Of a stretch of 64,000 bases of DNA, positions 1 to 12,177 are shown piece by piece; position 1 is the first letter of the stretch; every line of letters starts with the position of its first letter. Both the position numbers and the translations under genes were made by a program. Source of the DNA: Salpingoeca rosetta (Eukaryota > Protista > Choanoflagellata); the NCBI GenBank assembly GCA_033442325.1, contig JAWQFM010000015.1, forward strand, positions 126,843-190,842, read 5' to 3'. The notes under the pieces are model-generated. The model saw only the letters and a program-made list of their open reading frames with translations, searched no databases and had not been told where the DNA came from.

Positions 1-7
1 CCCCTCC

Positions 8-43
<36 letters not shown>

Positions 44-189
44 CCTCCCTCCCTCTCCCCTCCCTCTCCCCTCCCTCCCTCCCTCCCTCCCTCCCTCCCT
101 CTCTCTCTCTGCGGCCCTTCCCGAGTTCCTGCATCGCCTCATCCCTCACACTGCCTCCCTTTTATCTTGTAACGTGGGTCGCACACCAG

Positions 190-872
190 GGTCGCTTGGG
201 TTTGGCAAGTTGAGTGATCGTGTTGGCCGGTGGCCGATTGTCGTTGCCGGCACCGCCTTTGCCTCCCTCGCCCTCATCCTCATCTACCTCAACCTCTTCA
301 AACAGGTTGGTCGTCCGTGTGTGTGTTCATGCGTATGTGTGTGTATGTGTGTGTATGTGTGTGCGTGCGTGTGTGTATGTGTGTGTATGTGTGTGTATGT
401 ATGTGTGTATGTTCTCCTATCCCGTTGCCGCACGAACTTCTATCTTCACCGCGCACACGACCTCACTACCACCATCACGACGACCACCACCGCCTCCTCT
501 GCAGCTGTGGACGCCGACTGTGGGTGCTGCGTTTGCGTACGGATTTCTCCTCGGTCTCGCTGACAGCGTCTACAACACGCAGACATTCGCGGCACTCGGT
601 TTGTGTGATTGTGTGTGTGCATATGTGTGATTGTGCGTGCGCACACATTTATGTGTGTGTGTGTGTGTAGTTGCACTACACCTCTGCGCAAGAGTTTTGT
701 CTGCGTTCCCCCTCGCCTGCTGCCATCGATCGTACTGTTTGCCATCATCATCATCCTCATGTCTCAACCCGCGTGTGCTGTGTGGTGATCACAGGCGTTT
801 TGTTCCCGGGCAAGGGGCCAGATGCGTTTGCTGCAAACTTCTTTGCAAAGGTGAGACCACTTTCATGCCCAT

Positions 873-928
<56 letters not shown>

Positions 929-1520
929 GGACACGCATGCATACTCGATTGCAGGTCTTTCCTGAACGTTGTGATGTGCGTGTCTGCATGCTCCCTCACT
1001 CCCACTCCATGTGACTCTCATCGCCCCTCACCACCACTACCACCCCTTCCTCCACCACCAACTACTGCGCGCTCGTGTCAGGCGCTGGCGAGTGCGCTTG
1101 CGTTTTATTACAGCCCGTATGTTGCGCTGGAGTATCAGATGGTGAGTGGCCTGTTGATTGTATTCACACGTGCCGAGGTGGAATGCACATCGGCACATGT
1201 ATGAGTACGCAGATAACGGCACACACACACATACACACACACACACATACACACACACATACACACACTTCCTCACCACCTCCCTGTCTCAACCCCTTTC
1301 TCCAGATTGTGCTCGGGGTGCTGGGCGTGGCGACGACGGTGACGTTCCTACTTCCTCACCACCTCCCTGTCTCAACCCCCTTCTCCAGATTGTGCTCGGG
1401 GTGCTGGGCGTGGCGACGACGGTGACGTTCATCATTGCGGACCGCCGTGTTCGCCCTCGCTCATCCGACTGCGAACCGCTCCTTATCGACTCGTCCCCAA
1501 ATGTCCAGCTCGAATACTAA
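190..1520 (+). CDS. MFSD11: 3' part of an UNC-93-like MFS transporter (MFSD11-like); 5' end lies outside the window
   Basis: In-phase exons 190-305, 505-598, 795-850, 1082-1141 and 1389-1520 give ...GFLLGLADSVYNTQTFAALGVLFPGKGPDAFAANFFAKALASALAFYYSPYVALEYQMIVLGVLGV..., matching the MFSD11/UNC93-like C-terminal helices (LGxxDSxxNTQ; AFxYS). Stop TAA at 1518-1520. Confidence 0.85.
1267..1430 (+). repeat. 83-bp tandem duplication spanning the last 3' splice site of the MFSD11-like gene
   Basis: acttcctcaccacctccctgtctcaacccc(t/c)ttctccag|attgtgctcggggtgctgggcgtggcgacgacggtgacgttc occurs at 1267-1347 and 1350-1430. Confidence 0.95.
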
Positions 1521-1878
1521 CACACTAACGCGCGCGCGCGCTTTTCTTAAGCTTGCTTGCAGGCACGCGCCTTGCTTGCAGGCACAATCGCATGTGTATT
1601 GTGGAAGCTGTGCACTTGTTTTTGATCGGCATGTGGTCTTGGCATTCACTGTGGATGTGGGTAAGTTTGAATGATAAGGGACTGCCGAGTGTGCGGGGAG
1701 TTGGGTCGTAGGTTCGCACTCTTGTTTATAAAAGGAACAGAAGTCATTTCAGGTCAACTTGCATCACAGGCGCCACGAAACAAAACTTAAGTGAAGATGA
1801 TGCAGACAGAAAGACACAAGGCGCGCGCGCACACACCAACACACACGCACACACACACACATGACTGTGCGGTCAACG

Positions 1879-2110
1879 TCACTTCCAGCCCGTGCGTGAC
1901 GCCTTGAAGATGGCATTGAGCTTCTCATTGTCCTGCGAGTCCTGCGAGATGCCGCCGCCGCCGCCAGTCGTCGTCGTCGTCTTTCCACCACGCCGGCGTG
2001 CAGTCGCGTGCTCTTTGCACAGCACATCGTCGCCAACAAGATACGGGCCTGACATAGGAAATTGAACGGAGGACGGAGGCAACGTGCGCGCGCGTTTGTG
2101 TAAGTATGTG

Positions 2111-2142
<32 letters not shown>

Positions 2143-2152
2143 TGTGTAAGTA

Positions 2153-2183
<31 letters not shown>

Positions 2184-2499
2184 TGCAGTGAGAAGGTGGA
2201 CGAGGACAGGGAGGTGTCAGCCGTTGAAGGCACGAGTGATACAGGCGGTAGTGCACTGCGCAAAGTGAAGAATCACATGTGTTTAAAATGCGCACGCGTG
2301 AGCGACAAGCCACAGCAAATGGCATACTCCAACCTGGCACGCCGTTCTTAAACACAAGCCCGCACTCCTTGCACTTGATGCAATCCTTGTGGTATTCCTT
2401 GCCGTTCACCTGCCATTTGCACACACGCACACGCACAGGAATGCAGAGAGTTGTAGTCAGACCTGTGGAACGTACTGATCCTGTGAATGTGTCAGAAAG

Positions 2500-2547
<48 letters not shown>

Positions 2548-2745
2548 CACTTACGGTGACGTATTGGACGGGTTTGTCCATCTCTGGTACAATCATTTCA
2601 CCGCAGCCGGCACACACCATGCCGTTCTCCTGGGAAGCGGGAATATGGACACAAGCAGAGGACGAGAGGTGAGGGCGGTGGTGGGATGCAATGCAAGGCA
2701 GACGACAATGAGGAAGCAGAGGGCAGAACGGGCGAGAAATGCCAC

Positions 2746-2795
<50 letters not shown>

Positions 2796-2807
2796 GCACG
2801 CACACAC

Positions 2808-2841
<34 letters not shown>

Positions 2842-4657
2842 GCATTCACACAACACATGATGTGCACCTTGGCCCAGCACTTTTGGCAGACGAGGCCCGA
2901 GTCCGATGGAGCAAAGCCCGCGTTGGCGAGATTGGCGCCGCAGCCCTTGCAGCTGTCGTGGGGAGACAGTGCGGTGAGGAGGTATGTTGAGGGAGTGGTG
3001 ATGGAAAGGATTGAATTGAATGTAGAAGTGCCAGGTCTGGTGTGGGAAGGGGGTCACAACACAAGAGCATGCAAACGCACGCACGCACGCACACGCACAC
3101 GCACACGCACACGCACACGCACACACACACACACACACACAGATCACACACACACGCACACATACATCTCCCCCTCCCTCTCCCATTGTTCTTCAGCTTA
3201 CACGAAGCACCCGCGGTGGTATTTGCCGCCGTCAAACTCGAGGTAGCGGGTGAGGATGGGTTTGCTGCATGCGGTGCACAGGGGCGCATCAACACTCAGC
3301 GTGTTGCCCTGCCATGCAGTTGCCGCGGTGAGGCGAGACACAGAGGGAAAGAGGTCGGACGGAGCACGCAAGAAGAACAAGAAGAACAAGAACAAGAACA
3401 AGAACACGACGCAAGAAGGAAGAAGGAAGAAGGAAGAACAGTCCTAATCCCCACCCAACAACAACAACAACAACACACCTTTTCCAACCCACTCCCCTCC
3501 AACACAACATACGCTCCACTATGGCTCTGCGCACCTTGTCATCCTTGACGAGCATCTTCTGTGTGGTGGAGAGCGGTTTGGGTTCTGCTGTTGTTGATGG
3601 CGGCACGCGCTGCTTCTGCGGATTGGACGGCCCACTCGATGGTGCCGGCGCCGCAGTCTTAGCGCTGCTGCTGCTGCCGTTTGCACCGCTGCTGCCATTA
3701 GTGGTGGACGTGGTGGTCGTTGGTGCTGGTGCTGCCTTCTTGGGTTCTGGCGCGGCCCGTGCTGGTGCCGGTGGCTGCGGTGTCTCCTCTTTCTTCTCCT
3801 CAGCAGCGGCCGCAGGCTGTGCCGGCTGTGCTGGCGCAGGTGGTGCTGATGTCGTTGCTGTTGCTGGTGCAGCCTTTGCTGCAGGTGGCGCAGGCGTTGT
3901 ATTGGCGGCTGGAGCAGCCGGTGCTGGTGCAGTGGCAGCAACCTTGGCAGGCGCCACCTCCGGCGTGCCCACAATCAGCTTCATCGTGTTTCCACTGGCC
4001 TTGATCAGCCCTGTAATCTGCATGTGCGTCTGCGTGTGTACGAGTGAGAAAGAGACAGGGCGTAAGAATGTGTGTGTGTGTGTGTGCGCGTGTGTGCGCG
4101 TGCATGTGTGTGTGTGCGTGCATGTGTGCACGGATGCGTGGATGGTCTTGTGTATGAACGAGGCAGGTTGAAGTGCTCATTCCGCCCCCACCCCCAAATC
4201 ATACTCAATGGCAAACCACACATGTCAGGTCACGATACACGTGGAGCACCCCAACGATCCTTTGTCACACATGGTTTCACAGCCACCGTACCAGCTGCTG
4301 GATGTTTGTTTCGTTGATTTGCGACAACCTCATGCCTTTCTTCACACCAGCTCGATCCGCTGGGCCGCCGGGTGTCACCTGCACATAACGCATGAGTGTC
4401 GCAGGAGTGAGGTGTGGTGTTGAGGAGGAGAGAAAACCAAATAAGTTTACAGCACACACACAAAGCACACCCATCCACACCCACACCCACACCCACACAC
4501 CCACACCCACACCCACACCCACACCCACACACCCACACCCACACACATAGACACACACACACACACACGCACGCACGCTGGTGACGAGGAAACGCTGCAC
4601 GGCCATGCCAAACTTCTCGCCGGGCCGGCGCTCCACGTTGAACACGGTCGATGACAT
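1879..4657 (-). CDS. PDZ + Pro/Ala-rich linker + two LIM domains (PDLIM/ALP-Enigma-like architecture)
   Basis: Exons 4657-4577, 4378-4292 and 4017-3535 give the PDZ (FNVERRPGEKFGMAV...VTPGGPADRAGVKKGMRLSQINET...ITGLIKASGNTMKLIV). Later exons give LIM1 (CTAC..HRGCFVCKGC..CQKC) and LIM2 (CAGC..HKDCIKCKEC..CKEH). Stop at 1879-1881. A micro-exon in the PDZ may be missed. Confidence 0.85.
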
Positions 4658-5775
4658 TGCTGATCTGGTGGTTCACTTTTTGTTCGTGTCGTTCCGCTGA
4701 ATCACAACAAGCAAAGCATCCATACACACAAACAAACAAACAAAGAAACCGGCGATGAATGAGTGCATGCATATGGTATTGTGAGTGTGAGTGTGAGCGG
4801 ACACCTCGAGCACTGCGCGGCTATCTTGCCTTGTTCTATTGTTGGCACAGCGTGAGTGTAGCATGTATGCGTGAGTGTTTGCCGAGGGCAAGTCAAGTCG
4901 AGGAACAACGTCAAACCACCACAGCACAGCACGAGCGAGCAACAGCGACGCACACCAGCACCAACTCACCAAATCCAAATCCGTTGTGCTTGACTTTTTT
5001 TCGGCTGTCCTTATTCGATGCTGTAAATGTGCACGGAATCAATCGCAGTTTTTATTTTTTCATGCGCAGGGAATGTGGCGAATGTGTTGGTGGTGGTTGG
5101 AAAGCACGACCAAGCCAGCACAACAGCACAACAGAGCAAAACCAACACGCGCACCCACAACAACACACAACAACAACACACAACAACAGTGTGCCGACAG
5201 GAACAGGGTGGGTGTGGGTGGTTTGATCATCAGAGTGAACGAGCGACAAGGAACGACAGCGACGACAGCGGCGGCAGCCACGACAGCAACAAGCGACGAT
5301 GCCGCCTGCGTTGTTGTCAACGGCCGCTTCTTCAGATGGGCTTGTAGACAGATCACCACCACCAGGAACAGCCAAGACAGAGGACACACCCAAAAGGCTA
5401 GGTAGCGACGACAGCGCACATCCATTTCAGAGGCGTCGGCGGGCTTGTGGTGGCACGGACGGTTGTCAATCACGGCAATCACAGCAATCGCAGCAATCAC
5501 AGCAATCACAACAGTCACAGCAATCGCAACAGGCAAAACAGGCACGACACCACCCGCACCAAAGGTGCAGCCACACCCATCATCAGCAGCACCACCCGCA
5601 ACGAACAGCCAATGACGCGTTCGTGACCGACTCGCCTCACAGTCTTGCCAACCACCATCATCATAAGCAATCCTCACATCGCCGCAAAGGACCACGGCAA
5701 CGGCAGCAGTTCACACAGGGCTGCACTCCCCTTGCTTGCAATCCACCGCCGTCCTCAGCACCAGTATCATCTCGG

Positions 5776-7410
5776 ATGCGGTCGCCTCTACTTGTGGCGG
5801 CCATGGCGTTGTTGCTGGTCCTGCTCATATCGCCGGCGTTGGCCGTGCCAGTTACCGCCGACACTTCACAACAACAACAACAACAACAGCGGCGGCAGCA
5901 GCATCAGCTGACGGGTGTACTTGCGCCGACACACTCTGACAACACCAGCACCCTGAACACCGCCACCGTCAGCAGCCCGCATGTTGCGCCGCGGGCAGAT
6001 CTGCCTTTGCTACACCAGCAGCGCCGACGCTTGCAAGGTATCGACACGCGGCAGGGACAGCAGCACGCAGGCGTTCGCCTCTCCGTGCACGTGTTTGGGT
6101 TCAACCGACCGGACAACTTTCTGCGGCTGTGGGGGCAGCTGATGGCTGCGCGGCCAAGCGGCATGCCGACGTACTTTGTGATCCACGTGGACTACGACCG
6201 GGAGGAGAGCGAGGCGTGGAAGGAGCAGGTGACGGTTGCGTCGGGCCTGTCTGGGACGACGACGGCGCACGGCCCCGTGACGGCGGTGTTTGCTGCGTCG
6301 CCAAAGGGCCTGCGGGCGACGATGCTGGAGGCGTGGGCGCCCGTGGAGGGGGAGTACGCCATGTTTCTCGAGGACGACATTGAGGTGTCGGAGATGCTGT
6401 TTGTGTATGCCGAGCACTTTGTGCGGCGGTACGGGGAGGGCGAGGAGCAGGACCCGAGCGTGCTCGGGTACAAGCTGTACAACCAGAAGTGGGACGAGGT
6501 GAACCAGCGGTTTGAGCGGCCCGTCAACAACAACAACATGCCCTTCAAGATCCAGGAGCCGTGCAGCTGGGGCACGGTGTTTGTGGCGGCGCCATATGCG
6601 CGCTACCTGCGCTGGTACGTGGACCACAGCCGGCTGGACCCGTTTATCCCGCACGCGTGGAGCAACACGTGGGACGCGGAGCGCAGCGCAAAGAAGTACC
6701 TGCAGCGGTTCATGTGGGAGGAGGGCCTGTTCCTCATCAGCATCAACCTGCCGGACCACAAGTCCCTCACCACCCCGCGCGTGGAGGCCGGCACAAACAT
6801 CAAGCAGAAGTGGCTCCCCTACCTCAGAGAGCGCCTCGAGGTGCCCCTCGTCACGCACAAGGACGAACAAGTCATGTACGGCCTGAAGACCATCGACAAC
6901 GGCCCGCCCACGGCCACCATGGTCATACTCAACACCCAGCACGACGAGGTGCAGTCTGTTGAGCTCCCGAACGAGCGTGACCGGCGCAGCGTGTCTACAT
7001 CCGAGCTGCCGCCGTCACACATCCTCGACCCGCCACACCCAAAGGGTGCAAGGTACATCGTGTGTTTGTATTGATATGTGTGTTTGCGTGTTTGCGTGTT
7101 TGTATTGATGTGTGTGTGTGTTTGCTTGTGCGTGTGTTTACGTGTGTATCTGCGCATGTTCTTTCACTTCTTCGCACAGCATGCCTGCACGCGTCCATGC
7201 CACCACTCCTCGTCTCACCTCTCTCTCTCTCCACCACCACCATCCCATCACCACAACGACGGTGCCATCCAGGGCGCGTGTGATTGCGAAAGCGAAGCAG
7301 CGGCTGCACGACGAGTTGAGCCAGTGGCCGCTCGCCGCCCGCCGCAACGGTGACATCTCCCCCGCCGAGGACGCCGCCCTGCGCGAACTCCTGGTATGAT
7401 GCGATGTGTG

Positions 7411-7509
<99 letters not shown>

Positions 7510-7584
7510 CTCGATGGCTGTTGCCCATTGCTTTTTTCCATCATGCCCACCTTCCAGTCACCCCTACACTCATACCCCCACCCC

Positions 7585-7623
<39 letters not shown>

Positions 7624-8231
7624 CTCCACTCCACGTTCCTGGGTTCATTGCAGACGCATTCTCACAAGCAGGCGCGCGGGCTGCCGCTGCCCAAGTCGTT
7701 TGTCGACCGCATCACGTCCCCGTACACGCTCTATGTCATCGGTACCATGCTGCTCTCCCCGCTCGGCCAGCGCGCGTTGCTCGTGGAGACGGAATACGGT
7801 TTGACGAACAGGCTGCGGGCATATGGGTCGGCCAAGGCAATTGCAGACGCATCTGCACGCCAGCTGGTGGTGCTGTGGGTGCCAAACGCCCACTGCTACG
7901 CACGCATGGAGCAGCTGTACACGCTGCCCAAGAGCGTGATTGTGGTGGAGGACGAGGCGATTCGAGAGGTAGCGACGCTGGCCAGGTTTGACGTGTATGA
8001 CCTCATGGTGCCGGAAAACAAGCAGATGCGGGTGGACGGAAGTTCCGATAACCACATTTACGTGCGCTCGGCGTTTAAGATCTACAGCAAACTTGGATAT
8101 GGCGACACGGACGCCCTTCACATCAGGTGGGCGAGCGCGTTACATTGCTTTCTTGGGTTTGCTCGTCAGTGTTTGACAGTTTTGTTGTCTGTGTTCGGTT
8201 GTATTGTGCGTGCGTCCGCGCGCGTGTGTGT

Positions 8232-8281
<50 letters not shown>

Positions 8282-9106
8282 ATGCGTCCGCGTGTGTGTG
8301 TGTGCGTGTGGTGTGTGTGTGTGTGTGTGTGCATTCACCTTACGCCATGCGGTTGTTCGTCAAATGCCAACCCTCCTGCTCACAATGCTTCCCATTCCAA
8401 CCACCTCCGTCCAACCCCCCTCACCCTCCCCCCTCCTCACCGCCGCCTCCATGTTCTGGCCAGGTCGCTTGTGTTCCGGCCTGCGAGCGGGGTGCGACAC
8501 GTGCTCAACGAGTACTATGATTCGCTCGCCAAGGCCGGCGTCGACAACCCGGAGCGCGCGCACCGCTCGTTTGTCGGCGTGCACATTCGCATGCTCGCCA
8601 ACATGACGGCAGATACCCCCGGTGTGACGGGGGAGGAGGCCCTTCGCATGCAGCTGGCGGTGGCGTTTCGCGTGTCGTGCCACTATCGCTTCTTTGAGCA
8701 GCGCATACGCAGGCTGCCACGCGCGGCACACTTCTTCATCAGCACGGACACCCCTGCTGCGTTTGATGCGATGGCCGCCCACCCCGAGCTCAAGGGCCGC
8801 GTGTTTCGACTCGACTCGCACGAGTGCACCTCCCGAACCCCCGAGTGCATGCTGTATGCAGCAGCGGACCTGTACCTGCTCAGCACAACGTCGCGCCTGT
8901 TCACCAGCAAGTGGAGCGCGTTCTCCGAGGCGGCGGGGCGTGTAGGCGGCATGCCAACCGTGGATGGATGCGACCAGCCAGAGGGCGGGTGGCTGCTGAA
9001 TGCCAGCAAGCAAGCCCTGACGCGGCAGATTATCGAATACCTGGAGGACCAGAATTATCCGGATGTCAAGTCCGTTCGCCGCGCACTCGAGCGCTTCGCC
9101 CGCTGA
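5776..9106 (+). CDS. Two-domain secretory-pathway glycosyltransferase: GT-A (GT2-like) domain fused to an O-/alpha-fucosyltransferase-like GT-B domain
   Basis: Exons 5776-7052, 7273-7393, 7654-8126 and 8464-9106 splice in frame. Hydrophobic leader MRSPLLVAAMALLLVLLISPALA. GT-A motifs VFGFNRP, MFLEDD, QEPCSWG. Fucosyltransferase motifs GLTNRL, FVGVHIR, FFISTD, ADLYLLS..SKWSAFSEAA. Alternative in-frame start at 5299. Confidence 0.8.
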
Positions 9107-9539
9107 CGTCACACGTGTAATGTGATGCGATGTAATGTGATGTGTTGTGTGTGTTTGATTGATTGTGCATACATTTGTGTGTGCATTTGTGTTTGTGTGC
9201 TGGAGATGGTTGAGAAGGCATTAGCAGGTTGATTCATGCAGGTGTGATTCGTAGGTGGATGTGTGTGTGTGTGCTGTGGTGACGTGTACGCAGCTCCTTT
9301 TTTTTTTCTATTGTGTAATCAGATTTGTCGTGACTACATATGTGTGTGTGCGTGTGTGCGTGTGTGTGTGTGTGCGTGTGTGTGTGTGTGTGCGTGTGTG
9401 TGTGAATTTGAGAACGGCAAGCCAGTCTGTCTCTTCGTCTTGACTTCCCTCTCTGTACATCGGGTATCAGCAGTACATCAGGAACTATCGTTTGACAGTG
9501 GTGATTTGATATGCAAAAGATTAGAGCATGCCATGTACA

Positions 9540-9586
<47 letters not shown>

Positions 9587-9777
9587 ACACACACACTCAC
9601 ACACTCACACACACACACTGCTCTGATCTGATGTAAGGGATGGGATGCGTTTATTAGGTCAAATCAAATCAAATGCAACAAAGTGAGGAGGAGGGTGCGT
9701 CATGCGCCGAAGCAAAAGCAAGGAAAGTAACAAAGATGCACACTCAACGATGAGATGGTGCTCTGTATCCACTGCTC

Positions 9778-10797
9778 CTACTCCTCCTCGTGCTCCTCCT
9801 CATCATCATCTTCATCTTCACTGCCTTCCTCGATGTCCCCGTTTAGCGCACGTTCAACACCGTCCAATGCACCCTCATCAACACTCGTGTCCATCTCTGC
9901 GTCGCCAGTCGCTTCATCACCCTCATCCTCGTCCATCGCAATGACAGTGGCACTGCTGTCCTCATTGTCGTTGTCATCATCGCTGTCATCGTTGTCGTCG
10001 TTGGTGGTGTGTTTGGGCGCGGCGTGCCGCCGAATCGACCCGCCGCTGTTCTTCTTTGTCCAAAGCTGAATGCCTGTCAAAGAATAAGGTGGGGTGCAGG
10101 CACGCACACGCACCTAAGTCAGCTTACGCCATCTGAAGCAAGCAGTGCGTGGAGAATGTCGTTCATAAAAAGACAACAACACGCACGAACAACAGCTCTC
10201 AAGCAAGGGTGGTGCTTCTCACCTTCAAGAAACAGAAACTCTTCCTTCGACTCCAGGACGTGTTCTGTCATCATGCAAGCACATGCAACACCAAGCGCAG
10301 GAGAGGAGGGGGTAGTGAGTGCGTGTCGTAGGAAGGAGGAAGCGGTTGAGCAGCCGCGAGCGACACGCACAGGCAAGGGAGGACCCGAGTCAGCACGCAA
10401 AGCCAGCAAAGCCATTGCAGTATGCAGGGACGGACCAATGTCCTTGGTTTGCACTGTTTTTCGCCTCGGTGCGACTTGCTGTGCACGGTCGAAGCTGCAG
10501 CGCGCCATGTGCGCGATGAACAGCTCCTGGTAGTGTTATTGTCAGACACACACACACGCATGAGACATGGCACGACGTGCAGCAAAGCCAGCGCGTGAGA
10601 GACGGCAAGTAACGTTGATCAGCACACGCCACACATTCACCACTGGCATTTGTGCAGTTGTTCCACGGCACATTTACACGCACTGTTGCTTTTGCGATGA
10701 GCACCGCAGCCTCTGGTGCGACGAGCTGCACGTCCGGGTCCTTGCGCATGGCCGCTTTGATGCGGCTCACAGGCAGCTGCGTCAACCTGTCATCCAT
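9778..10797 (-). CDS. POLE4: Histone-fold protein, DNA polymerase epsilon subunit 4 (POLE4/Dpb3; CHRAC1-related) with an acidic tail
   Basis: Exons 10797-10684, 10526-10436, 10264-10223 and 10073-9778: QLPVSRIKAAMRKDPDVQLVAPEAAVLIAKATELFIAHMARCSFDRAQQVAPRRKTVQTKDIEHVLESKEEFLFLEG, followed by a D/E-rich tail. Confidence 0.8.
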
Positions 10798-10822
10798 GAT
10801 GTAGATGTCGATGGGTGCTGGG

Positions 10823-10850
10823 ATTGGTGGTTTGCGGGAAGCGCGCCAAA
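10823..10850. promoter_or_regulatory. CCAAT plus paired E2F-like sites in the 151-bp POLE4/RRP40 bidirectional promoter
   Basis: ATTGG at 10823-10827. GCGGGAA at 10834-10840 is followed by GCGCGCCAAA at 10841-10850 (reverse complement TTTGGCGC, E2F consensus TTTSSCGC). Confidence 0.5.
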
Positions 10851-10948
10851 CGAACACCGTCCACAACAGCATTAAATGTAATGAACATTTGCGTTGCTGC
10901 CAACAAATTTTCCCAACTTTGGTTGTGCGACAGGCGACAGGCGAAGCG

Positions 10949-12177
10949 ATGGTGCACGTTGAAGCGGCTGCGGTGGGGGACGACGTGTTTGTGGCACCAG
11001 GCGATACGGTGGAGGTGGCACCCGTGGAGGTGAAGGGGGAGAAGGACGCCGCGCTGAGGATAGGGCCGGGCCTGACAGTGATCCCAGAGACACAGCTGCG
11101 CGCCGCAGGCGTCCTTGACGGCGACGCTAGCAGCAGCGGCAACACGGCGATGTTGCAGGTGGTGGTGCCCGGCGATTTGCGCAGGAAGGGCAACATGGTC
11201 TGGGTCGACGGCGTCCACAAGCGGGTGCGATTGTCATCGTTGCTGCTGTGTGTGTTGTGTGTTGTGTGTTGTGTGTGTGTGTTTGGATGGAGTGGGGAGA
11301 GGAGAGAGGGGAATGGAGAGGGTGGAGAGGGGAGTAATGAGGGTGTCTTTTGCATATGTACAAAAGTGTGCACATTCGTAAGTTGGTGTGTGTATGTGTA
11401 TGTGTATGTGTGTGTTTCAATGTGTGCAAATGCTTGTGTATGTGAATGTGTATGTACACGCTCGTGCACGCACAAATTCACTGCTGCAATTGCTCCATCA
11501 AGGGTTCACTTCAACTCTGACTCTCCTCTTGTTTCATGTCGTGATCATCTCATGTTGTGGTGTGCTTGCGTGTAGGCGCTGCCGGCTGAAGGCGATTATG
11601 TGATTGGGATCATCACGGGCACGCCTGGCGAAAACTACAACGTGGATATTGGCGGCTCCTGCAATGCCACGTGAGTGAGCGTGTATGGGTGTGTGGGTGT
11701 GCGTGTGCTTTTGTGGGAGTGCGTGTGCGTTTGTGTGCGTGTGGATGTGCGTGTGGGTGAGAAGGTGTGTGCTGCTGCTTCTGTACAAGTGTCCTGCATC
11801 AGCTGGAGCTCATCAACATTGTGTGTGTGCACTCCTGGCACGTGTGATGGACCCTTGCAGCCTTCACAACCTGGCGTTTGAAGGCGCAACAAAACGCAAC
11901 CGCCCCAGATTAAAGGTGCGCGTTGTGTGTTTGTGGGTGTGTGTGCACGAGTGCGTTGTGTGTATGCGTGTATGTGTGTGTTGGTGGTCAACGCCATCAG
12001 GGCCAGCGAGCGCCTCAGCGCAAAGCACACGCGCGAGCTCGTCAAGGAAATGGCCCGCAAGATCAGATCATAGCGGCAGCGTGGATGCGCGAGCGGAGGG
12101 TGTGTGCGTAGTGGTGGTGGTTGTGTACAGCTCATGCACAAGTACATGGAACCAGAGCTCACATGCGTACACGCCAG
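10949..12177 (+). CDS. EXOSC3: Exosome subunit RRP40/EXOSC3; 3' half appears incomplete or out of order
   Basis: Exons 10949-11224, 11576-11670 and 11861-11915: LRIGPGL...VWVDGVHKRALPAEGDYVIGII...NYNVDIGG...LAFEGATKRNRPRLK, the RRP40 signature. MEPELTC fragment at about 12119-12177. No KH-domain exon found. Confidence 0.85.

Noticed and set aside
9400-9535. Non-repetitive intergenic block with a short direct repeat (gtacatc) between convergent genes
   Set aside because: No snoRNA boxes, terminal repeats or convincing structure; probably 3' UTR sequence.
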